A stretch of DNA of 57,663 nt, the filler included, from Sphacelaria rigidula (lineage: Eukaryota): the NCBI GenBank assembly GCA_964200075.2. It is 7 parts of 7 records of this genome, joined end to end, with 100 filler letters (N's around TTAATTAATTAA, not from the genome) between each part and the next. Parts side by side here need not be neighbours in the genome. Positions count along the whole stretch, not along the records: positions 49,513 to 57,663 come from CAXNAA020012113.1; 6 more parts are not named here. One strand, written 5' to 3'. The notes beneath the pieces are model-generated. The model was not told the DNA's origin and searched no databases. It was given only the letters and a program-made list of their open reading frames with translations. Positions 50,350-57,663 of the stretch are shown one piece after another; the first letter of the stretch is position 1; every line of letters starts with the position of its first letter. The translations under genes were made by a program, and so were the position numbers.

Positions 50350-50940
50350 AGTGCAGGGATCCCTCACGTCTCCCGGCACTACAGTACATAGGAGCTTCAC
50401 ATTTGCTCGACTGGAAACTTTGGCGTCATTTTGCACGATTTTTCGCCAGCTTTCCACGACAACCCCTGTACCATCATGCTGTCGGTGTACACACCTTCCC
50501 AGCCAATGATTGCAGGCGGCGGGCGGCGCAGCCGACATGACCAACATTCTGTTTCTCCTCCAGAAGCCGGCTGGCCTTCACCACGGCAGGCTCCTGTCGG
50601 GCACAAGGGCTATCTACCGGGCGCCCCGGTTAGACTGTGTTCGGTCGCCGAGTCCTGTATGAATCTCGTAGGGTCCTCTCCCTTCTCGCGGCACATTCGT
50701 CCAAACGGCGGTATGGGGAGGTAGCTCGTATTGTCTAGGTATTATCACCAACGAACGCGCAGCCTCCATTCGTGTACGTCCGGTTCTGATTGTCTTGTCC
50801 CAACTGTCGGTGGTCGAGGAGATGTCTTGTCCAGACGGCACGCCCTCCACGTCAGTCGCCATTGTAAATCTTGAAGATTCTCCGCAGCGCGATACATAAT
50901 TTGAATGTTTTAATGTTCCCAAGACTACCTGCACATTAGC
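50350..50940 (-). pseudogene. decayed 3' part of a non-LTR (RTE-like) retrotransposon ORF
   Basis: AVWTNVPREGRGPYEIHTG..NRGAR and ESWRKIVQNDAK loosely follow the RTE C-terminal pattern LRWxGHVxRM..RLPK..GRP..WR; recalled motif only. Confidence 0.35.
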
Positions 50941-52289
50941 ACGTTGACCAGATGTCTTCTGGACTTCAAATATTGGGTATCAAGAACGGTTAGAATCAAG
51001 TGCGTTTTTACTTTGAATTCTACATGTTTTGGTGCTTTATGCTCCAAAATTTACTTCGAACTCTATGGAAGATGAAAGTATAGTCGTTGAAGTTCACCGT
51101 CGTGCAGGGTATACAGAAACGTGTTGAATGTGCGGTGTATCAACGTAGGAGTGTCTTGAAGTTGGTTGAAATGACGGCTGCTAGGCGTGAATCGAATGCA
51201 ACGTCCGCGGGAGAAAAGCCGGCCCGCGAATCCCGATACGGCATGCAAGCAGAGTTCTACATACCGAAACACCCCACCCCCACCCGCTCTTCCACGATCA
51301 CGACTTTACTCAGCGCACTACACTACAGGCAGTTCTCAGTACTGTACTCGGTAGACCGCACGCGGTACCCAGTAGGGATAGTACTGAGTATGAGCGACGG
51401 CGGGCGGAGGAGCAGCGCCTGCAAGCACCTCGGGGGGGGGCATGCCAGCGCTGCACATGCACGTTCCACTGCTGCTGCAACGGAGGCCGCGGCCGCGGCA
51501 TGTACCGCATGCTCGGCGAGTGCTGCATGCTCGGCGAGTGGAAGTGGCGGAATATGGCAACATCAGCGGCGATGACGATGACACAACGTTACCGATCACG
51601 CTGAATACCCGTACGAACTGCGTCGTGGACATCCCCGATGCCGTTTTGCAAGCAACACTTCACCACTCGCCAACTGCAGGTTTCACTCGCAGTTCCACAA
51701 CTACTCCATACACAAGTTGTTCCTTTACCAATGCGGGTCGTTGGATCTAAACGACTCGGAAAACGACGAAGCTGTGTGGCGATTAATGCAAGGCTAGCGC
51801 AGCTCGTCGGAAGGAAAAATATAACGTTAAGGTCAGCAATCAACTGTTCACATGGTGACGTCTGTTGACATACATCCGCAGTGCTTTCTTTCGCGTGTTA
51901 CTCACGTGGAATGCGCGCTGCTCATTAGTGCAATGAGTTGTGTTCTGAATTGAGTACTCTCAGGTTATACACGGACTCGTACGCCAGCAAGTTATCATCT
52001 CCCCCAGGATTTGATTCACGAAACGTACAGTACTAGTATTCCCTAACCGAGCCCCCCCCAAGTCACTAACTGGGTATTCGCGAGTATCCGGTGGATCAAC
52101 CCCCCGAAGCACTAAGTGATTCAAGATAGCGAACCCCGGAAAAACTGGTTACTCCGGGATGCGCAGGGTATTGACTGCCGAAAGTACTGACTACCTCCGG
52201 GTACTCTCTCACCAAAATACCCGGAATGTTACCCGGAATACTCGGTACGGATACTGAGGGTACCCAGGGTACCGTCGGCCGAACATACC

Positions 52290-53462
52290 CCACGTCGGAC
52301 AGATTAGCTAGCTCCCTGTAGCTCGAGCTAGCTCTTTTCCTAGCGTAGCTCCCTACTGACCTATGAGAGAGACATGAGCTACGTGTGTTTGCTCCACGTG
52401 AGCTACCAACCCGTAGCTCATTATAGGATTGGCCCTGGCTGAGCCATGAGAGCTGCATGAGCTACGCATGTTTGCCCTGGATGAGCTACTGGACGTGGGC
52501 ACCAGTCACGAAGTAGCAAGGTTTGACAACGCAGACCGGCGATCTTCCTGCCACCGGCACGGTATCAATATTCGCATGGTTGTGTTCGGTAAAGTTGAAA
52601 AGCTCGGTGCGCACAAGGCGTTGCCTTGGGTACACCTCCTCGCTATTGCCTGTTTCGTGTGTGTGTGTGTGTGTGGCCAGAGTTCATGACGTCTTTCACC
52701 GTCGTTGGGGGTCGCATGGTGGTGCAAAATCGTTGCCATGCGGCTGTGTCCATTCTCTGTTTAAAAGTCCTGCTGTGCTGTATGTATCGCTGTACCGTCT
52801 CGTACCGTATCGGACTGTACTACTGTACCATGGTGTTCTGCATTGTACTGTGCTGAACTGTAATGTACTGTACCTTCAGAAACAGCAGTTCAGACATTCT
52901 ATTGTAGGCATTCCTTGCAGGCTAGGGTCTAGGGCGTCTTGTCAAAAAAGACTTACCGATCAAAAAAGGGCGGCGGAAAAATAAGAATTTCGATATGATA
53001 CGTCTAGTTGATTAATGTTCTCGTATGGGTTCAGCTCCCTCTTGAAATTCTATGCTAGTTAAAGTACGACAATCACTCAATAATCAAATCTTCGCGCGTG
53101 ATCGGAAGGCAAAAAATGGAGAATATCCGCACGTCGAACAGATTACCTCCCTGTAGCTTCAGCTATGACAGCTACATCAGCCGCACATGTTGGACCTGGG
53201 TGAGCTACGAACGCTACGTGAGCTCCGCATGATTCCCCTTGGGTGAGCTATCGAGCGTAGCTCATCAGAGCATGTTTGCCCTGGGTGAGCTATGAGAGCC
53301 ACGTGAGCTACGTATGTTCGTCCTGGGTGGCCTACCAACCCGTAGCCCATTATAGGGCATGTTCACCCTTGATGAACTATCCGGCATGACTCGTATGTAC
53401 ATGTTTGACTACAAGAGAGCTACAGCCCAAAGATGACCTAGCTCACGAGCTGCCCGACGTGG
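52290..53462. mobile_element. composite element: two direct CCACGTCGG..GACGTGG MITEs (52290-52498, 53129-53462) flanking 630 bp of cargo
   Basis: GAGCTA-rich arms with homologous starts (CCACGTCGGACAGATTA / GCACGTCGAACAGATTA); 9-bp TSD GAACATACC only at the outer ends (52281-52289, 53463-53471). Confidence 0.75.
52500..52649 (-). pseudogene. captured exon fragment, BAH-domain-like
   Basis: (CA)n then ACAG acceptor; NSEEVYPRQRLVRTELFNFTEHNHANIDTVPVAGRSPVCVVKPCYFVTG resembles BAH 'PEE....ELF.....d.v...C.V....y..G'; truncated at the MITE. Confidence 0.4.
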
Positions 53463-53712
53463 GAACATACCGAATATTTTAGGGCATGCAGTGTACTGAC
53501 TACTAGAACTCCTCGGTATATCAGGTTGCTCGGGGAATCGCCGTTGGAAGCACTCGGTATTTCAGGGTACCTAGGGTGCGCATTGCAGGGAGCACCGGGT
53601 ATCACAAAGTACCTCGGGTACCCGCTCTAAGAATACCCGGTTTGGTACCCAAAGTAACGAGTACATGTATTGCGTCCTCCGGGCTTTCAGGGTATCGACT
53701 GTCTAAAATATC

Positions 53713-53961
53713 ACACGTCGGACAGCTCGTAAGCTACCGAAAACAACTAATCAAAGAGGAGTCTCAGATCCGCTGTCCAACAACACAAACTACGTGACGG
53801 CAGGGTCCGCGAAGCCAAAGCGCTATCTTTCCACTATTCCGCATGTTCGGTATCCAGCGCTGTAGGGAGAAAATTTGGAAAACGGGGCCAAATGAGCTAT
53901 CTCCAGATCAGTACACCAATGATGAATAATACTTGGATAGCTCATGAGCTGTCCGACGCGT
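53713..53961. mobile_element. third CACGTCGGACAG-type MITE
   Basis: TIR ACACGTCGGACAGCTC / GAGCTGTCCGACGCGT. Confidence 0.75.
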
Positions 53962-54202
53962 GTGTATACGACACCCAGCATTCCAGATTTACCTAGGGTA
54001 CGAACTGTCGAAAATACTCAGTATTCTAGAGTTCCCAGGGTATCGAGAGCCAAACATACTTGATTCTCCAAGGTATTCAGGGTATCGACCGGCCAAAAAA
54101 CCCGACTTGGTACCCTACACTGCCCTAACCACCTTTACAATACATAGTGAGATCGGATTAATGTGCGGAAATGATAATAATGATAATAATAATACACTAC
54201 AA

Positions 54203-54547
54203 CCGGTCACCCCGGTGGCTCAGTTGGTAACCTCGGACCTTCAGACGGTTGGATCGTGGATTCAAATCTCGGAACGATGTGGGATTTTCTTCTCACACAA
54301 CACCCAACAGGGGAGAGCAACTATGCCGGGGGTACACGAAATTCGACTCCATAGCCGACGAAGGGAAGGGGACGGTCGAACCCCTCTCGCGATAAAAAAT
54401 GAAGGCAAGCACCGCAGAAGGAAGGTGGAGTATCAAAACAAACAATAAAAGAACTCCCGTGTTGGCCTTTCTCCTGTGCGACCCCGGCTGGTGTGTCCAC
54501 ATACAACGAAGGTGTAAAGCAGTGTCCAGAATAGATGGGACAACAAC
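54203..54547 (+). mobile_element. tRNA-derived SINE, copy 2
   Basis: A box TGGCTCAGTTGG, B box GATTCAAATCT; TSD ACACTACA (54194-54201, 54548-54555). Confidence 0.88.
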
Positions 54548-56248
54548 ACACTACATTACAGTTCATTACAGGACGGTAGGGTCTGAGACAGGCCTCCGGC
54601 GGGGGCCGCGAGTCGTCCGCCTAAATGAGCCCCCGGAGGACGCAAATACGGAGGATAATGCGCCAATTTGTAGGGCTGTGAACCGGCTGCTCTCGCCAGT
54701 TAAGTTCAAAATGGCCGCGCCAGCGGCTAGTACATCGATATTTTCCCAGTAAGTCGCGAGTCGCAAACGCTCCCTCCCCCCGCCTCGTGAGGGGGCCTCG
54801 CGGGAGCGCCGCCGGAGGCACGAAAATTTCCTTTTTTTGGCTTGTTTTTCCTTCAAAAATGTAGAAGACTGTAGAAAATGTGACCCCTCACATTGAGGAG
54901 CTAGGGCCTTCGGTGACACTCAAATCCCATTCGAAACGGTGAGCGATTCGAAAATCATTCATCTGTAATATGCAGCCGCAGACTCTCCGTGAGGAGGAGG
55001 ATGCAAACAAGCCAAGGCTAAGGCTGGCAGCACGAGGGGATAAGGTATGCTAAAATAAAAAAAAAATAACCTTCATTTTTTGTGGGGGAGGGGTTCGGGC
55101 GTTCTCGTCAACAAATGGTCGTTACCACACTAAAACGCCGTAAAGCAGTGAAGAAAAAATATGATCCACTTTTTTTGGTTCATTATGCCCTGGCGAGGTC
55201 CCATTCAAAAATTCATTACACAAGCACCAAACGTGAGCCGGTCATTGGCCTGCAAAATCTTGTTTCGAATTTTACGGACCCGGTTTGTAAACGCCCATTC
55301 GCAATTTAATACTCAGTTGGGCCCTGAAATTTGGTATGGACAATCAACGGGGCATAAAAAAAAAGTTATGCGTTTACGCAAGGATTTTTTTTTTCATGAG
55401 TCAAAGGCAGTAATTAGTTTTAAGGTTTCAGTGAAATGCCGTAAAATCACGAAAAAAATCTTTGGGTCCACACATAATTTTTTTCAATGCCTATTGTTTG
55501 TCCATACCAAATTTAAGGGTTTAATTTCAAGTATTAAATTGCGAATGGACCTTCAAACTCCAAATCCGCTTCTAGGCTGGCCCAGCTCGTACCACGAGTA
55601 CTGCCTGTACTTGTACTGCTGTCAGGTGCGGGCCCCAATTCTACTGTCATTTTGTTCGTAATAATGTAAGCATTTTTTTTTTTTTAATTCACCATATTAA
55701 AATTTGTATCAACATAGCCGGCGACAGCAAATTTCAAATAAACTGGATAAACTGGAGTCCTCATCACCAATTTACTCGCCAGTACGAACTGGTCCAGTTC
55801 ACAGCCTTACCATATGGGTATTTTTGTCTCCTTTCTTTCAATGCGTTGATGACCGCCCAATACGTGGGTTTTACACGAGGGACACCTAAAAACTTGATGC
55901 ACAAATACAAGACATACAGTAACTGTAATGAAGGGTACAATGTTTTGATTTTCGTGCAGAACTCGCAAAATACATTTTCACAACTTCACAAACGATACGA
56001 TGTCTCTGTAGGATGTTCGGTACCGCCTGCACATGTCAAAGAAATGAATGTGGCAGCCGAAAAACAGGGAGCATGTTCGTCGTGAGTTCCCAGGTGTTGA
56101 AAAAAATCCAACATTTTTCACGGTAAGAGCGCGTCAACTCAGCGGCTTGCAAGTTTCATAATATTTTGGCGGCCCCTTAAACTGAGTTCAGCGGCAAGCC
56201 GTCGATTTGCAAAATATTTGTTGGCGCTGCACCTATTTTCAGGCCTTG

Positions 56249-56287
56249 CAGTACAGTACAGTACAGTACAGTACAGTACAGTACAGT
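56249..56287. repeat. (CAGTA)n microsatellite; related tracts near 19320-19430, 23600-23645 and 56915-56944
   Basis: read directly from sequence. Confidence 0.9.
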
Positions 56288-57663
56288 TAGGGACGCAAAT
56301 CGCTCAAAACACATTTGGGGAAAAAAAAAAAACGAAAAATATATCTCGGCTCTTCCTGATGGAAAATTTGAGCTACCCAGTCAGAAACAAAGGATTCGTC
56401 CGGTTGATCGGAAGATAGCTCCAGAAGACCTTCTGCGCATATGATACACACACTGCTCTGCTGCATTGCTTACGACCGCACTGTCTGTCCATCATCATTC
56501 ATTTTCCAAGTGGAAATCATGTCTCGATGACACAGATTACTCATTCTGGGGGTGAAGCTGCATGGATTGACGACACCCCCAAAAAATGCACAAAGTACGG
56601 TACAATGCAGAGCAATGAAGTACAACGCAGTACAGTGTTGTTTTCTCTCCACCACCCGCTGCCTTTTTTCCCTGTGGGGGTATTACCGAGGATAGGATTA
56701 CCTCAAACCTCCAAAGAGCGTGGCTTCTTCCTGCCGCCAGCTCCAAAAAGCGAACCATTTGGCCGCCAGGGTGGGTCATTTAGGCTTTCCATTCATTTTT
56801 CAGTGAAGGTTGCCGATGCAAAAGATGACCCAACCTGGGTGATCGTCTCTATGGATAGACGAAGCCAGACTGATATGCACAGTCTAACAGTAGTACAATA
56901 CAGTCCAGCAGTGCAGTACAGTACAGTACAGTACAGTACAGTATAGTGCAGCATTGTCTTTTCTCTCCCCCCCGTTGCATTCCTTCCCTTCGTCTACGGG
57001 TATCACTGAGGATATGCACGAAATCTTTGGAGAGCGTTGACTCTTCCCGCCGCCAACTGTAAAAGCGAAACGTTCCACGGCCAAGGATGAACTTTCTACC
57101 GCCACGTCTGGGCATTCATTTCTCAAGTAAAGCTCGTGCCAAAGCAACATACTTCAGAAAACACTCGGGACGCACGAGCTATGGCAGCGATTCGAGATGT
57201 TGCAACTCGCTGCCAGTCGCGACGCCCGTATCCCGTAACTCACACACCTCGAGCTTACTCCACATCCCACTACTGTCGCTTAGTCGTGCTTGCTCTTGCC
57301 CTTGTATCTCAGCTGCTTCCTACACACTAAGGCTCTCGTCAGACCCACGCACACGGTCACATCACATCTGTTCCGAAATGACTTCAAGACACTTCAACCG
57401 CAATCCAGATCTGGAAAATTCCCATCCGCTTCTGCACAAAAGCTCGATTCTTTTCAAACACAGAATCGATCATTTTGGGGGTGATCGTTGTTCTCATGTT
57501 TTTCAAAGACACAACGCTGAGAAATTGTTGCAGCGGACGGATGCTGTACAAACGGTACGGTGCACATGGCGGTACCGATATATTCAATCACGGTTAGGAC
57601 AAATAATGATTCGTCAGGGAATTACTTGGTTTTAGTATTAAGTTGACTCGTGATGAATGAATC

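Larger units (their letters stand above)
52040..54127. mobile_element. GGGTAyC-rich repeat/hAT-like host sequence receiving the GAGCTA MITE insertions
   Basis: repeated CAGGGTATCGA..AAATAC subunits; TAGGGCA(TGCA)GTGTA at 53480 mirrored by TACACTGCCCTA ending at 54127; no TSD found. Confidence 0.5.

Noticed and set aside
51087..51750. Ala/Cys-rich overlapping ORFs
   Set aside because: GC-rich low-complexity sequence open in several frames, with no domain or splice support.

Overview
The window is not one continuous locus. It is seven unplaced eukaryotic contigs (1-8153, 8254-16405, 16506-24657, 24758-32909, 33010-41161, 41262-49412, 49513-57663), ordered by descending length (8153 to 8151 bp) and joined by an artificial 100-bp N44-TTAATTAATTAA-N44 linker, so nothing across a gap is evidence of linkage. 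Gene content and style (NTT/TLC ATP/ADP transporter, WSC-domain exons, long GT-AG introns, (CAGTA)n microsatellites, CCCTAA motifs) suggest a brown alga; this is inference. Genes: four exons of an NTT transporter, two exons of a multi-WSC protein, two exons of a secreted or type II protein resembling GT34 glycosyltransferases, and one orphan exon. The rest is dense, nested transposon sequence: a dead chromoviral Gypsy 3' half, an internally deleted LTR element, a hAT-type non-autonomous element, a decayed hAT-like transposase, tRNA-derived SINEs, satellites and several MITE families, some with readable target-site duplications (TSDs). Most notable: (i) a composite element of two direct MITE copies bracketing a BAH-like exon fragment under one 9-bp TSD; (ii) a TGT..ACA MITE carrying telomere-type repeats; (iii) an element whose tRNA-like head recurs in inverted orientation. 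I found no prokaryotic system and no CRISPR array. All homology calls come from recalled motifs, not database searches.
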